A stretch of DNA of 64,000 bases from Ranitomeya imitator (taxonomy: Eukaryota): the NCBI RefSeq assembly GCF_032444005.1, contig NC_091285.1, positions 617,024,001 to 617,088,000 on the forward strand, written 5' to 3'. Positions 12,995 to 28,121 of the stretch are shown in pieces. Numbering within the stretch: position 1 is the stretch's first letter; every line of letters starts with the position of its first letter. Under the pieces are notes generated by a model. The model was not told the origin of the DNA. It did no database searches and was given only the letters and a program-made list of their open reading frames with translations. The position numbers and the translations under genes were made by a program.

Positions 12995-15900
12995 CCCCAT
13001 AGGCAGACTCTATAGCATACGGCAGCCCCCATAGTCAGACCCTGTAATAAGGCAGCACCCCCATATAGGCAGACCATGTAATGAGGCGGCAGACCCTGTA
13101 ATAAGGCAGCCCCCCATAGGCAGCCCCTGTAATAAGGCGGTCCCCATAGGCAGACCCTGTAATAAGGCGGCATATCCCCAGAAGCAGACCCTGTAATAAG
13201 GCAGGCCCAATAGTCAGATCCTGTAATAAGGCAGCCCCCATAGTCAGACCCTGTAATAAGGCAGCACCCCTATAGGCAGACTCTGTAATGAGGTAGCCCC
13301 CATAGTCAGACCCTGTAATAAGGCAGCACTCCTATAGGCAGACCCTGTAATAAGGCAGCACCCCCATAGTCAGACCCTGTAATAAGGAGGCACCCCTATA
13401 GTCAGACCCTGTAATAAGGCAGCCTCCCCATAGGCAAATCCTGTAATAAGGCAGCACCCCAATAGTCAGACCCTGTAATAAGGCAGCCTCCCCATAGGCA
13501 GATCCTGTAATAAGGCAGCACCCCAATAGTCAGACCCTGTAATAAGGCAGCCCCCATAGTCAGACCCTGTAATAAGGCAGCACCCCTATAGGCAGACACT
13601 GTAATAAGGCAGCACCCCCACAGGCAGACCCTGTAATAAGGCAGCACCCCTATTGTCAGACCCTGTAATAAGGCAGCACCCCTTTAGGCAGACCCTGTAA
13701 TAAGGCAGCCCCCATAGTCAGACCCTGTAATAAGGCAGCACCCCTATAGGCAGACTCTGTAATGAGGTAGCCCCCATAGTCAGACCCTGTAATAAGGCAG
13801 CACCCCCATAGTCAGACCCTGTAATAAGGAGGCACCCCTATAGGCAGACCCTGTAATAAGGCAGCCTCCCCATAGGCAAATCCTGTAATAAGGCAGCACC
13901 CCAATAGTCAGACCCTGTAATAAGGCAGCCTCCCCATAGGCAAATCCTGTAATAAGGCAGCCTCCCCATAGGCAAATCCTGTAATAAGGCAGCCTCCCCA
14001 TAGGCAAATCCTGTAATAAGGCAGCCTCCCCATAGGCAAATCCTGTAATAAGGAGGCACCCCCATAGGCAAATCCTGTAATAAGGCAGCACCCCAATAGT
14101 CAGACCCTGTAATAAGGCAGCCTCCCCATAGGCAAATCCTGTAATAAGGCAGCACCCCTATAGGCAAATCCTGTAATAAGGCAGCACCCCAATAGTCAGA
14201 CCCTGTAATAAGGCAGCACCCCAATAGTCAGACCCTGTAATAAGGCAGCCCCCCATAGGCAAATCCTGTAATAAGGCAGCACCCCAATAGTCAGACCCTG
14301 TAATAAGGCAGCCTCCCCATAGGCAAATCCTGTAATAAGGCAGCCTCCCCATAGGCAAATCCTGTAATAAGGCAGCACCCCTATAGGCAAATCCTGTAAT
14401 AAGGCAGCACCCCAATAGTCAGACCCTGTAATAAGGCAGCACCCCAATAGTCAGACCCTGTAATAAGGCAGCCCCCCATAGGCAAATCCTGTAATAAGGC
14501 AGCACCCCAATAGTCAGACCCTGTAATAAGGCAGCCTCCCCATAGGCAAATCCTGTAATAAGGCAGCACCCCAATAGTCAGACCCTGTAATAAGGCAGCC
14601 TCCCCATAGGCAAATCCTGTAATAAGGCAGCCTCCCCATAGTCAGACCCTGTAATAAGGAGGCACCCCTATAGGCAAATCCTGTAATAAGGCAGCACCCC
14701 AATAGTCAGACCCTGTAATAAGGCAGCACCCCAATAGTCAGACCCTGTAATAAGGCAGCCCCCCATAGGCAAATCCTGTAATAAGGCAGCACCCCAATAG
14801 TCAGACCCTGTAATAAGGCAGCCTCCCCATAGGCAAATCCTGTAATAAGGCAGCACCCCAATAGTCAGACCCTGTAATAAGTCAGCCTCCCCATAGGCAA
14901 ATCCTGTAATAAGGCAGCACCCCAATAGTCAGACCCTGTAATAAGGCAGCCTCCCCATAGGCAAATCCTGTAATAAGGCAGCACCCCAATAGTCAGACCC
15001 TGTAATAAGGCAGCACCCCTATAGGCAGACACTGTAATAAGGCAGCACCCCCACAGGCAGACCCTGTAATAAGGCAGCACCCCTATTGTCAGACCCTGTA
15101 ATAAGGCAGCACCCCTTTAGGCAGACTCTGTAATGAGGTAGCCCCCATAGTCAGACCCTGTAATAAGGCAGCACCCCCATAGTCAGACCCTGTAATAAGG
15201 AGGCACCCCTATAGGCAGACCCTGTAATAAGGCAGCCTCCCCATAGGCAAATCCTGTAATAAGGCAGCACCCCAATAGTCAGACCCTGTAATAAGGCAGC
15301 CTCCCCATAGGCAAATCCTGTAATAAGGCAGCACCCCAATAGTCAGACCCTGTAATAAGGCAGCCTCCCCATAGGCAAATCCTGTAATAAGGCAGCCTCC
15401 CCATAGGCAAATCCTGTAATAAGGAGGCACCCCTATAGGCAAATCCTGTAATAAGGCAGCACCCCAATAGTCAGACCCTGTAATAAGGCAGCACCCCAAT
15501 AGTCAGACCCTGTAATAAGGCAGCCCCCCATAGGCAAATCCTGTAATAAGGCAGCACCCCAATCGTCAGACCCTGTAATAAGGCAGCACCCCAATAGTCA
15601 GACCCTGTAATAAGGCAGCCTCCCCATAGGCAAATCCTGTAATAAGGCAGCCTCCCCAAAGTCAGACCCTGTAATAAGGAGGCACCCCTATAGGCAAATC
15701 CTGTAATAAGGCAGCACCCCAATAGTCAGACCCTGTAATAAGGCAGCACCCCAATAGTCAGACCCTGTAATAAGGCAGCCTCCCCATAGGCAAATCCTGT
15801 AATAAGGCAGCACCCCAATCGTCAGACCCTGTAATAAGGCAGCCTCCCCATAGGCAAATCCTGTAATAAGGCAGCACCCCAATAGTCAGACCCTGTAATA

Positions 15901-18900
15901 AGGCAGCCTCCCCATAGGCAAATCCTGTAATAAGGCAGCACCCCAATAGTCAGACCCTGTAATAAGGCAGCCTCCCCATAGGCAAATCCTGTAATAAGGC
16001 AGCACCCCAATCGTCAGACCCTGTAATAAGGCAGCCTCCCCATAGGCAAATCCTGTAATAAGGAGGCACCCCTATAGGCAAATCCTGTAATAAGGCAGCA
16101 CCCCAATAGTCAGACCCTGTAATAAGGCAGCCTCCCCATAGGCAAATCCTGTAATAAGGCAGCCTCCCCATAGTCAGACCCTGTAATAAGGAGGCACCCC
16201 TATAGGCAAATCCTGTAATAAGGCAGCACCCCAATAGTCAGACCCTGTAATAAGGCAGCACCCCAATAGTCAGACCCTGTAATAAGGCAGCCCCCCATAG
16301 GCAAATCCTGTAATAAGGCAGCACCCCAATAGTCAGACCCTGTAATAAGGCAGCCTCCCCATAGGCAAATCCTGTAATAAGGCAGCACCCCAATAGTCAG
16401 ACCCTGTAATAAGGCAGCCTCCCCATAGGCAAATCCTGTAATAAGGCAGCACCCCAATAGTCAGACCCTGTAATAAGGCAGCACCCCAATAGTCAGACCC
16501 TGTAATAAGGCAGCCCCCCATAGGCAAATCCAGACCCTGTAATAAGGCAGCACCCCTATAGGCAGACCCTGTAATAAGGCAGCCCCCCCATAGGCAAATC
16601 CTGTAATAAGGCAGCCTCCCCATAGTCAGACCCTGTAATAAGGCAGCACCCCAATAGTCAGACCCTGTAATAAGGCAGCACCCCAATAGTCAGACCCTGT
16701 AATAAGGCAGCCTCCCCATAGGCAAATCCTGTAATAAGGCAGCACCCCAATCGTCAGACCCTGTAATAAGGCAGCACCCCAATAGTCAGACCCTGTAATA
16801 AGGCAGCCTCCCCATAGGCAAATCCTGTAATAAGGCAGCCTCCTCATAGGCAAATCCTGTAATAAGGAGGCACCCCTATAGGCAAATCCTGTAATAAGGC
16901 AGCCTCCCCATAGGCAAATCCTGTAATAAGGCAGCCTCCCCATAGGCAAATCCTGTAATAAGGCAGCCTCCCCATAGGCAAATCCTGTAATCAGGAGGCA
17001 CCCCTATAGGCAAATCCTGTAATAAGGCAGCACCCCAATAGTCAGACCCTGTAATAAGGCAGCACCCCAATAGTCAGACCCTGTAATAAGGCAGCCCCCC
17101 ATAGGCAAATCCTGTAATAAGGCAGCCTCCCCATAGTCAGACCCTGTAATAAGGAGGCACCCCTATAGGCAAATCCTGTAATAAGGCAGCCGCCCCATAG
17201 TCAGACCCTGTAATAAGGAGGCACCCCTATAGGCAAATCCTGTAATAAGGCAGCACCCCAATAGTCAGACCCTGTAATAAGGCAGCCTCCCCATAGGCAA
17301 ATCCTGTAATAAGGCAGCCTCCCCATAGTCAGACCCTGTAATAAGGAGGCACCCCTATAGGCAAATCCTGTAATAAGGCAGCACCCCAATAGTCAGACCC
17401 TGTAATAAGGCAGCACCCCAATAGTCAGACCCTGTAATAAGGCAGCACCCCTATAGGCAGACACTGTAATAAGGCAGCACCCCCACAGGCAGACCCTGTA
17501 ATAAGGCAGCACCCCTATTGTCAGACCCTGTAATAAGGCAGCACCCCTTTAGGCAGACTCTGTAATGAGGTAGCCCCCATAGTCAGACCCTGTAATAAGG
17601 CAGCACCCCCATAGTCAGACCCTGTAATAAGGAGGCACCCCTATAGGCAGACCCTGTAATAAGGCAGCCTCCCCATAGGCAAATCCTGTAATAAGGCAGC
17701 ACCCCAATAGTCAGACCCTGTAATAGGGCAGCCTCCCCATAGGCAAATCCTGTAATAAGGCAGCACCCCAATAGTCAGACCCTGTAATAAGGCAGCCTCC
17801 CCATAGGCAAATCCTGTAATAAGGCAGCACCCCAATAGTCAGACCCTGTAATAAGGAGGCACCCCTATAGGCAAATCCTGTAATAAGGCAGCACCCCAAT
17901 AGTCAGACCCTGTAATAAGGCAGCCTCCCCATAGGCAAATCCTGTAATAAGGAGGCACCCCTATAGGCAAATCCTGTAATAAGGCAGCACCCCAATAGTC
18001 AGACCCTGTAATAAGGCAGCACCCCAATAGTCAGACCCTGTAATAAGGCAGCCTCCCCATAGGCAAATCCTGTAATAAGGCAGCACCCCAATAGTCAGAC
18101 CCTGTAATAAGGAGGCACCCCTATAGGCAAATCCTGTAATAAGGCAGCCTCCCCATAGGCAAATCCTGTAATAAGGAGGCACCCCTATAGGCAAATCCTG
18201 TAATAAGGCAGCACCCCAATAGTCAGACCCTGTAATAAGGCAGCACCCCAATAGTCAGACCCTGTAATAAGGCAGCCCCCCATAGGCAAATCCTGTAATA
18301 AGGTAGCACCCCAATCGTCAGACCCTGTAATAAGGCAGCACCCCAATAGTCAGACCCTGTAATAAGGCAGCCTCCCCATAGGCAAATCCTGTAATAAGGC
18401 AGCCTCCCCAAAGTCAGACCCTGTAATAAGGAGGCACCCCTATAGGCAAATCCTGTAATAAGGCAGCACCCCAATAGTCAGACCCTGTAATAAGGCAGCA
18501 CCCCAATAGTCAGACCCTGTAATAAGGCAGCCTCCCCATAGGCAAATCCTGTAATAAGGCAGCACCCCAATCGTCAGACCCTGTAATAAGGCAGCCTCCC
18601 CATAGGCAAATCCTGTAATAAGGCAGCACCCCAATAGTCAGACCCTGTAATAAGGCAGCCTCCCCATAGGCAAATCCTGTAATAAGGCAGCACCCCAATA
18701 GTCAGACCCTGTAATAAGGCAGCCTCCCCATAGGCAAATCCTGTAATAAGGCAGCACCCCAATCGTCAGACCCTGTAATAAGGCAGCCTCCCCATAGGCA
18801 AATCCTGTAATAAGGAGGCACCCCTATAGGCAAATCCTGTAATAAGGCAGCCTCCCCATAGGCAAATCCTGTAATAAGGCAGCCTCCCCATAGTCAGACC

Positions 18901-21900
18901 CTGTAATAAGGAGGCACCCCTATAGGCAAATCCTGTAATAAGGCAGCACCCCAATAGTCAGACCCTGTAATAAGGCAGCACCCCAATAGTCAGACCCTGT
19001 AATAAGGCAGCCCCCCATAGGCAAATCCTGTAATAAGGCAGCACCCCAATAGTCAGACCCTGTAATAAGGCAGCCTCCCCATAGGCAAATCCTGTAATAA
19101 GGCAGCACCCCAATAGTCAGACCCTGTAATAAGGCAGCACCCCAATAGTCAGACCCTGTAATAAGGCAGCCCCCCATAGGCAAATCCAGACCCTGTAATA
19201 AGGCAGCACCCCTATAGGCAGACCCTGTAATAAGGCAGCCCCCCCATAGGCAAATCCTGTAATAAGGCAGCCTCCCCATAGTCAGACCCTGTAATAAGGC
19301 AGCACCCCAATAGTCAGACCCTGTAATAAGGCAGCACCCCAATAGTCAGACCCTGTAATAAGGCAGCCTCCCCATAGGCAAATCCTGTAATAAGGCAGCA
19401 CCCCAATCGTCAGACCCTGTAATAAGGCAGCACCCCAATAGTCAGACCCTGTAATAAGGCAGCCTCCCCATAGGCAAATCCTGTAATAAGGCAGCCTCCT
19501 CATAGGCAAATCCTGTAATAAGGAGGCACCCCTATAGGCAAATCCTGTAATAAGGCAGCACCCCAATAGTCAGACCCTGTAATAAGGCAGCACCCCAATA
19601 GTCAGACCCTGTAATAAGGCAGCCCCCCATAGGCAAATCCTGTAATAAGGCAGCCTCCCCATAGTCAGACCCTGTAATAAGGAGGCACCCCTATAGGCAA
19701 ATCCTGTAATAAGGCAGCACCCCAATAGTCAGACCCTGTAATAAGGCAGCCTCCCCATAGGCAAATCCTGTAATAAGGCAGCCTCCCCATAGTCAGACCC
19801 TGTAATAAGGAGGCACCCCTATAGGCAAATCCTGTAATAAGGCAGCCTCCCCATAGTCAGACCCTGTAATAAGGAGGCACCCCTATAGGCAAATCCTGTA
19901 ATAAGGCAGCACCCCAATAGTCAGACCCTGTAATAAGGCAGCACCCCAATAGTCAGACCCTGTAATAAGGCAGCACCCCTATAGGCAGACACTGTAATAA
20001 GGCAGCACCCCCACAGGCAGACCCTGTAATAAGGCAGCACCCCTATTGTCAGACCCTGTAATAAAGCAGCACCCCTTTAGGCAGACTCTGTAATGAGGTA
20101 GCCCCCATAGTCAGACCCTGTAATAAGGCAGCACCCCCATAGTCAGACCCTGTAATAAGGAGGCACCCCTATAGGCAGACCCTGTAATAAGGCAGCCTCC
20201 CCATAGGCAAATCCTGTAATAAGGCAGCACCCCAATAGTCAGACCCTGTAATAAGGAGGCACCCCTATAGGCAAATCCTGTAATAAGGCAGCACCCCAAT
20301 AGTCAGACCCTGTAATAAGGCAGCCTCCCCATAGGCAAATCCTGTAATAAGGAGGCACCCCTATAGGCAAATCCTGTAATAAGGCAGCACCCCAATAGTC
20401 AGACCCTGTAATAAGGCAGCACCCCAATAGTCAGACCCTGTAATAAGGCAGCCTCCCCATAGGCAAATCCTGTAATAAGGCAGCACCCCAATAGTCAGAC
20501 CCTGTAATAAGGAGGCACCCCTATAGGCAAATCCTGTAATAAGGCAGCCTCCCCATAGGCAAATCCTGTAATAAGGCAGCCTCCCCATAGGCAAATCCTG
20601 CAATAAGGCAGCCTCCCCATAGGCAAATCCTGTAATAAGGAGGCACCCCTATAGGCAAATCCTGTAATAAGGCAGCACCCCAATAGTCAGACCCTGTAAT
20701 AAGGCAGCACCCCAATAGTCAGACCCTGTAATAAGGCAGCCCCCCATAGGCAAATCCTGTAATAAGGCAGCCTCCCCATAGTCAGACCCTGTAATAAGGA
20801 GGCACCCCTATAGGCAAATCCTGTAATAAGGCAGCCTCCCCATAGTCAGACCCTGTAATAAGGAGGCACCCGTATAGGCAAATCCTGTAATAAGGCAGCA
20901 CCCCAATAGTCAGACCCTGTAATAAGGCAGCCTCCCCATAGGCAAATCCTGTAATAAGGCAGCCTCCCCATAGTCAGACCCTGTAATAAGGAGGCACCCC
21001 TATAGGCAAATCCTGTAATAAGGCAGCACCCCAATAGTCAGACCCTGTAATAAGGCAGCACCCCAATAGTCAGACCCTGTAATAAGGCAGCACCCCTATA
21101 GGCAGACACTGTAATAAGGCAGCACCCCCACAGGCAGACCCTGTAATAAGGCAGCACCCCTATTGTCAGACCCTGTAATAAGGCAGCACCCCTTTAGGCA
21201 GACTCTGTAATGAGGTAGCCCCCATAGTCAGACCCTGTAATAAGGCAGCACCCCCATAGTCAGACCCTGTAATAAGGCAGCCTCCCCATAGGCAAATCCT
21301 GTAATAAGGCAGCACCCCAATAGTCAGACCCTGTAATAAGGCAGCCTCCCCATAGGCAAATCCTGTAATAAGGCAGCACCCCAATAGTCAGACCCTGTAA
21401 TAAGGCAGCCTCCCCATAGGCAAATCCTGTAATAAGGCAGCACCCCAATAGTCAGACCCTGTAATAAGGAGGCACCCCTATAGGCAAATCCTGTAATAAG
21501 GCAGCACCCCAATAGTCAGACCCTGTAATAAGGCAGCCTCCCCATAGGCAAATCCTGTAATAAGGAGGCACCCCTATAGGCAAATCCTGTAATAAGGCAG
21601 CACCCCAATAGTCAGACCCTGTAATAAGGCAGCACCCCAATAGTCAGACCCTGTAATAAGGCAGCCTCCCCATAGGCAAATCCTGTAATAAGGCAGCACC
21701 CCAATAGTCAGACCCTGTAATAAGGAGGCACCCCTATAGGCAAATCCTGTAATAAGGCAGCCTCCCCATAGGCAAATCCTGTAATAAGGCAGCCTCCCCA
21801 TAGGCAAATCCTGTAATAAGGCAGCCTCCCCATAGGCAAATCCTGTAATAAGGAGGCACCCCTATAGGCAAATCCTGTAATAAGGCAGCACCCCAATACT

Positions 21901-24900
21901 CAGACCCTGTAATAAGGCAGCACCCCAATAGTCAGACCCTGTAATAAGGCAGCCCCCCATAGGCAAATCCTGTAATAAGGCAGCACCCCAATCGTCAGAC
22001 CCTGTAATAAGGCAGCACCCCAATAGTCAGACCCTGTAATAAGGCAGCCTCCCCATAGGCAAATCCTGTAATAAGGCAGCCTCCCCAAAGTCAGACCCTG
22101 TAATAAGGAGGCACCCCTATAGGCAAATCCTGTAATAAGGCAGCACCCCAATAGTCAGACCCTGTAATAAGGCAGCACCCCAATAGTCAGACCCTGTAAT
22201 AAGGCAGCCTCCCCATAGGCAAATCCTGTAATAAGGCAGCACCCCAATCGTCAGACCCTGTAATAAGGCAGCCTCCCCATAGGCAAATCCTGTAATAAGG
22301 CAGCACCCCAATAGTCAGACCCTGTAATAAGGCAGCCTCCCCATAGGCAAATCCTGTAATAAGGCAGCACCCCAATAGTCAGACCCTGTAATAAGGCAGC
22401 CTCCCCATAGGCAAATCCTGTAATAAGGCAGCCTCCCCATAGTCAGACCCTGTAATAAGGAGGCACCCCTATAGGCAAATCCTGTAATAAGGCAGCACCC
22501 CAATAGTCAGACCCTGTAATAAGGCAGCACCCCAATAGTCAGACCCTGTAATAAGGCAGCCCCCCATAGGCAAATCCTGTAATAAGGCAGCACCCCAATA
22601 GTCAGACCCTGTAATAAGGCAGCCTCCCCATAGGCAAATCCTGTAATAAGGCAGCACCCCAATAGTCAGACCCTGTAATAAGGCAGCCTCCCCATAGGCA
22701 AATCCTGTAATAAGGCAGCACCCCAATAGTCAGACCCTGTAATAAGGCAGCACCCCAATAGTCAGACCCTGTAATAAGGCAGCCCCCCATAGGCAAATCC
22801 AGACCCTGTAATAAGGCAGCACCCCTATAGGCAGACCCTGTAATAAGGCAGCCCCCCCATAGGCAAATCCTGTAATAAGGCAGCCTCCCCATAGTCAGAC
22901 CCTGTAATAAGGCAGCACCCCAATAGTCAGACCCTGTAATAAGGCAGCACCCCAATAGTCAGACCCTGTAATAAGGCAGCCTCCCCATAGGCAAATCCTG
23001 TAATAAGGCAGCACCCCAATCGTCAGACCCTGTAATAAGGCAGCACCCCAATAGTCAGACCCTGTAATAAGGCAGCCTCCCCATAGGCAAATCCTGTAAT
23101 AAGGCAGCCTCCTCATAGGCAAATCCTGTAATAAGGAGGCACCCCTATAGGCAAATCCTGTAATAAGGCAGCACCCCAATAGTCAGACCCTGTAATAAGG
23201 CAGCACCCCAATAGTCAGACCCTGTAATAAGGCAGCCCCCCATAGGCAAATCCTGTAATAAGGCAGCCTCCCCATAGTCAGACCCTGTAATAAGGAGGCA
23301 CCCCTATAGGCAAATCCTGTAATAAGGCAGCCTCCCCATAGTCAGACCCTGTAATAAGGAGGCACCCCTATAGGCAAATCCTGTAATAAGGCAGCACCCC
23401 AATAGTCAGACCCTGTAATAAGGCAGCACCCCAATAGTCAGACCCTGTAATAAGGCAGCCTCCCCATAGGCAAATCCTGTAATAAGGCAGCACCCCAATA
23501 GTCAGACCCTGTAATAAGGCAGCCTCCCCATAGGCAAATCCTGTAATAAGGCAGCACCCCAATCGTCAGACCCTGTAATAAGGCAGCCTCCCCATAGGCA
23601 AATCCTGTAATAAGGAGGCACCCCTATAGGCAAATCCTGTAATAAGGCAGCACCCCAATAGTCAGACCCTGTAATAAGGCAGCACCCCAATAGTCAGACC
23701 CTGTAATAAGGCAGCCTCCCCATAGGCAAATCCTGTAATAAGGCAGCACCCCAATCGTCAGACCCTGTAATAAGGCAGCCTCCCCATAGGCAAATCCTGT
23801 AATAAGGCAGCACCCCAATAGTCAGACCCTGTAATAAGGCAGCCTCCCCATAGGCAAATCCTGTAATAAGGCAGCACCCCAATAGTCAGACCCTGTAATA
23901 AGGCAGCCTCCCCATAGGCAAATCCTGTAATAAGGCAGCACCCCAATCGTCAGACCCTGTAATAAGGCAGCCTCCCCATAGGCAAATCCTGTAATAAGGA
24001 GGCACCCCTATAGGCAAATCCTGTAATAAGGCAGCACCCCAATAGTCAGACCCTGTAATAAGGCAGCACCCCAATAGTCAGACCCTGTAATAAGGCAGCC
24101 CCCCATAGGCAAATCCTGTAATAAGGCAGCACCCCAATAGTCAGACCCTGTAATAAGGCAGCCTCCCCATAGGCAAATCCTGTAATAAGGCAGCACCCCA
24201 ATAGTCAGACCCTGTAATAAGGCAGCACCCCAATAGTCAGACCCTGTAATAAGGCAGCCCCCCATAGGCAAATCCAGACCCTGTAATAAGGCAGCACCCC
24301 TATAGGCAGACCCTGTAATAAGGCAGCCCCCCCATAGGCAAATCCTGTAATAAGGCAGCCTCCCCATAGTCAGACCCTGTAATAAGGCAGCACCCCAATA
24401 GTCAGACCCTGTAATAAGGCAGCACCCCAATAGTCAGACCCTGTAATAAGGCAGCCTCCCCATAGGCAAATCCTGTAATAAGGCAGCACCCCAATCGTCA
24501 GACCCTGTAATAAGGCAGCACCCCAATAGTCAGACCCTGTAATAAGGCAGCCTCCCCATAGGCAAATCCTGTAATAAGGCAGCCTCCTCATAGGCAAATC
24601 CTGTAATAAGGAGGCACCCCTATAGGCAAATCCTGTAATAAGGCAGCACCCCAATAGTCAGACCCTGTAATAAGGCAGCACCCCAATAGTCAGACCCTGT
24701 AATAAGGCAGCCCCCCATAGGCAAATCCTGTAATAAGGCAGCCTCCCCATAGTCAGACCCTGTAATAAGGAGGCACCCCATAGGCAAATCCTGTAATAAG
24801 GCAGCACCCCAATCGTCAGACCCTGTAATAAGGCAGCACCCCAATAGTCAGACCCTGTAATAAGGCAGCCTCCCCATAGGCAAATCCTGTAATAAGGCAG

Positions 24901-27900
24901 CCTCCTCATAGGCAAATCCTGTAATAAGGAGGCACCCCTATAGGCAAATCCTGTAATAAGGCAGCACCCCAATAGTCAGACCCTGTAATAAGGCAGCACC
25001 CCAATAGTCAGACCCTGTAATAAGGCAGCCTCCCCATAGGCAAATCCTGTAATAAGGCAGCACCCCAATCGTCAGACCCTGTAATAAGGCAGCCTCCCCA
25101 TAGGCAAATCCTGTAATAAGGAGGCACCCCTATAGGCAAATCCTGTAATAAGGCAGCACCCCAATAGTCAGACCCTGTAATAAGGCAGCACCCCAATAGT
25201 CAGACCCTGTAATAAGGCAGCCCCCCATAGGCAAATCCTGTAATAAGGCAGCACCCCAATAGTCAGACCCTGTAATAAGGCAGCCTCCCCATAGGCAAAT
25301 CCTGTAATAAGGCAGCACCCCAATAGTCAGACCCTGTAATAAGGCAGCCTCCCCATAGGCAAATCCTGTAATAAGGCAGCACCCCAATAGTCAGACCCTG
25401 TAATAAGGCAGCACCCCAATAGTCAGACCCTGTAATAAGGCAGCCCCCCATAGGCAAATCCAGACCCTGTAATAAGGCAGCACCCCTATAGGCAGACCCT
25501 GTAATAAGGCAGCCCCCCCATAGGCAAATCCTGTAATAAGGCAGCCTCCCCATAGTCAGACCCTGTAATAAGGCAGCACCCCAATAGTCAGACCCTGTAA
25601 TAAGGCAGCACCCCAATAGTCAGACCCTGTAATAAGGCAGCCTCCCCATAGGCAAATCCTGTAATAAGGCAGCACCCCAATCGTCAGACCCTGTAATAAG
25701 GCAGCACCCCAATAGTCAGACCCTGTAATAAGGCAGCCTCCCCATAGGCAAATCCTGTAATAAGGCAGCCTCCTCATAGGCAAATCCTGTAATAAGGAGG
25801 CACCCCTATAGGCAAATCCTGTAATAAGGCAGCACCCCAATAGTCAGACCCTGTAATAAGGCAGCACCCCAATAGTCAGACCCTGTAATAAGGCAGCCCC
25901 CCATAGGCAAATCCTGTAATAAGGCAGCCTCCCCATAGTCAGACCCTGTAATAAGGAGGCACCCCTATAGGCAAATCCTGTAATAAGGCAGCACCCCAAT
26001 AGTCAGACCCTGTAATAAGGCAGCACCCCAATAGTCAGACCCTGTAATAAGGCAGCCTCCCCATAGGCAAATCCTGTAATAAGGCAGCACCCCAATAGTC
26101 AGACCCTGTAATAAGGCAGCCTCCCCATAGGCAAATCCTGTAATAAGGCAGCACCCCAATCGTCAGACCCTGTAATAAGGCAGCCTCCCCATAGGCAAAT
26201 CCTGTAATAAGGAGGCACCCCTATAGGCAAATCCTGTAATAAGGCAGCACCCCAATAGTCAGACCCTGTAATAAGGCAGCCCCCCATAGGCAAATCCAGA
26301 CCCTGTAATAAGGCAGCACCCCTATAGGCAGACCCTGTAATAAGGCAGCCCCCCCATAGGCAAATCCTGTAATAAGGCAGCCTCCCCATAGTCAGACCCT
26401 GTAATAAGGAGGCACCCCTATAGGCAAATCCTGTAATAAGGCAGCACCCCAATAGTCAGACCCTGTAATAAGGCAGCACCCCAATAGTCAGACCCTGTAA
26501 TAAGGCAGCCTCCCCATAGGCAAATCCTGTAATAAGGCAGCACCCCAATAGTCAGACCCTGTAATAAGGAGGCACCCCTATAGGCAAATCCTGTAATAAG
26601 GCAGCCTCCCCATAGGCAAATCCTGTAATAAGGCAGCCTCCCCATAGGCAAATCCTGTAATAAGGCAGCCTCCCCATAGGCAAATCCTGTAATAAGGCAG
26701 CCTCCCCATAGGCAAATCCTGTAATAAGGCAGCCTCCCCATAGGCAAATCCTGTAATAAGGCAGCCTCCCCATAGTCAGACCCTGTAATAAGGAGGCACC
26801 CCTATAGGCAAATCCTGTAATAAGGCAGCACCCCAATAGTCAGACCCTGTAATAAGGCAGCACCCCAATAGTCAGACCCTGTAATAAGGCAGCACCCCCA
26901 TAGGCAAATCCTGTAATAAGGCAGCACCCCAATCGTCAGACCCTGTAATAAGGCAGCCTCCCCATAGGCAAATCCTGTAATAAGGCAGCACCCCAATCGT
27001 CAGACCCTGTAATAAGGCAGCCTCCCCATAGGCAAATCCTGTAATAAGGCAGCACCCCAATAGTCAGACCCTGTAATAAGGCAGCACCCCAATAGTCAGA
27101 CCCTGTAATAAGGCAGCCTCCCCATAGGCAAATCCTGTAATAAGGCAGCACCCCAATCGTCAGACCCTGTAATAAGGCAGCCTCCCCATAGGCAAATCCT
27201 GTAATAAGGCAGTAACCCAATCGTCAGACCCTGTAATAAGGCAGCCTCCCCATAGGCAAATCCTGTAATAAGGAGGCACCCCTATAGGCAAATCCTGTAA
27301 TAAGGCAGCACCCCAATAGTCAGACCCTGTAATAAGGCAGCCTCCCCATAGGCAAATCCTGTAATAAGGCAGCACCCCAATAGTCAGACCCTGTAATAAG
27401 GCAGCCTCCCCATAGGCAAATCCTGTAATAAGGCAGCACCCCAATAGTCAGACCCTGTAATAAGGCAGCCTCCCCATAGGCAAATCCTGTAATAAGGCAG
27501 CCTCCCCATAGTCAGACCCTGTAATAAGGAGGCACCCCTATAGGCAAATCCTGTAATAAGGCAGCACCCCAATAGTCAGACCCTGTAATAAGGCAGCACC
27601 CCAATAGTCAGACCCTGTAATAAGGCAGCCCCCCATAGGCAAATCCTGTAATAAGGCAGCACCCCAATAGTCAGACCCTGTAATAAGGCAGCCTCCCCAT
27701 AGGCAAATCCTGTAATAAGGCAGCACCCCAATAGTCAGACCCTGTAATAAGGCAGCCTCCCCATAGGCAAATCCTGTAATAAGGCAGCACCCCAATAGTC
27801 AGACCCTGTAATAAGGCAGCCTCTCCATAGGCAAATCCTGTAATAAGGCAGCCTCCCCATAGTCAGACCCTGTAATAAGGAGGCACCCCTATAGGCAAAT

Positions 27901-28121
27901 CCTGTAATAAGGCAGCACCCCAATAGTCAGACCCTGTAATAAGGCAGCACCCCAATAGTCAGACCCTGTAATAAGGCAGCACCCCAATAGTCAGACCCTG
28001 TAATAAGGCAGCCCCCCATAGGCAAATCCAGACCCTGTAATAAGGCAGCACCCCTATAGGCAGACCCTGTAATAAGGCAGCCCCCCATAGGCAAATCCTG
28101 TAATAAGGCAGCAGCACCCAT
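12995..28121. repeat. 32-bp minisatellite, ~470 copies, with higher-order structure
   Basis: Constant core CTGTAATAAGG alternates with a few alleles (e.g. CAGACCCTGTAATAAGGCAGCACCCCAATAGT, CAAATCCTGTAATAAGGCAGCCTCCCCATAGG). Copy number is estimated as length/32. Confidence 0.98.

Noticed and set aside
12995-28121. CRISPR-like array (constant core plus variable part, 32-bp period)
   Set aside because: The variable part has only a few recurring alleles rather than unique spacers, there are no cas genes, and the context is eukaryotic.
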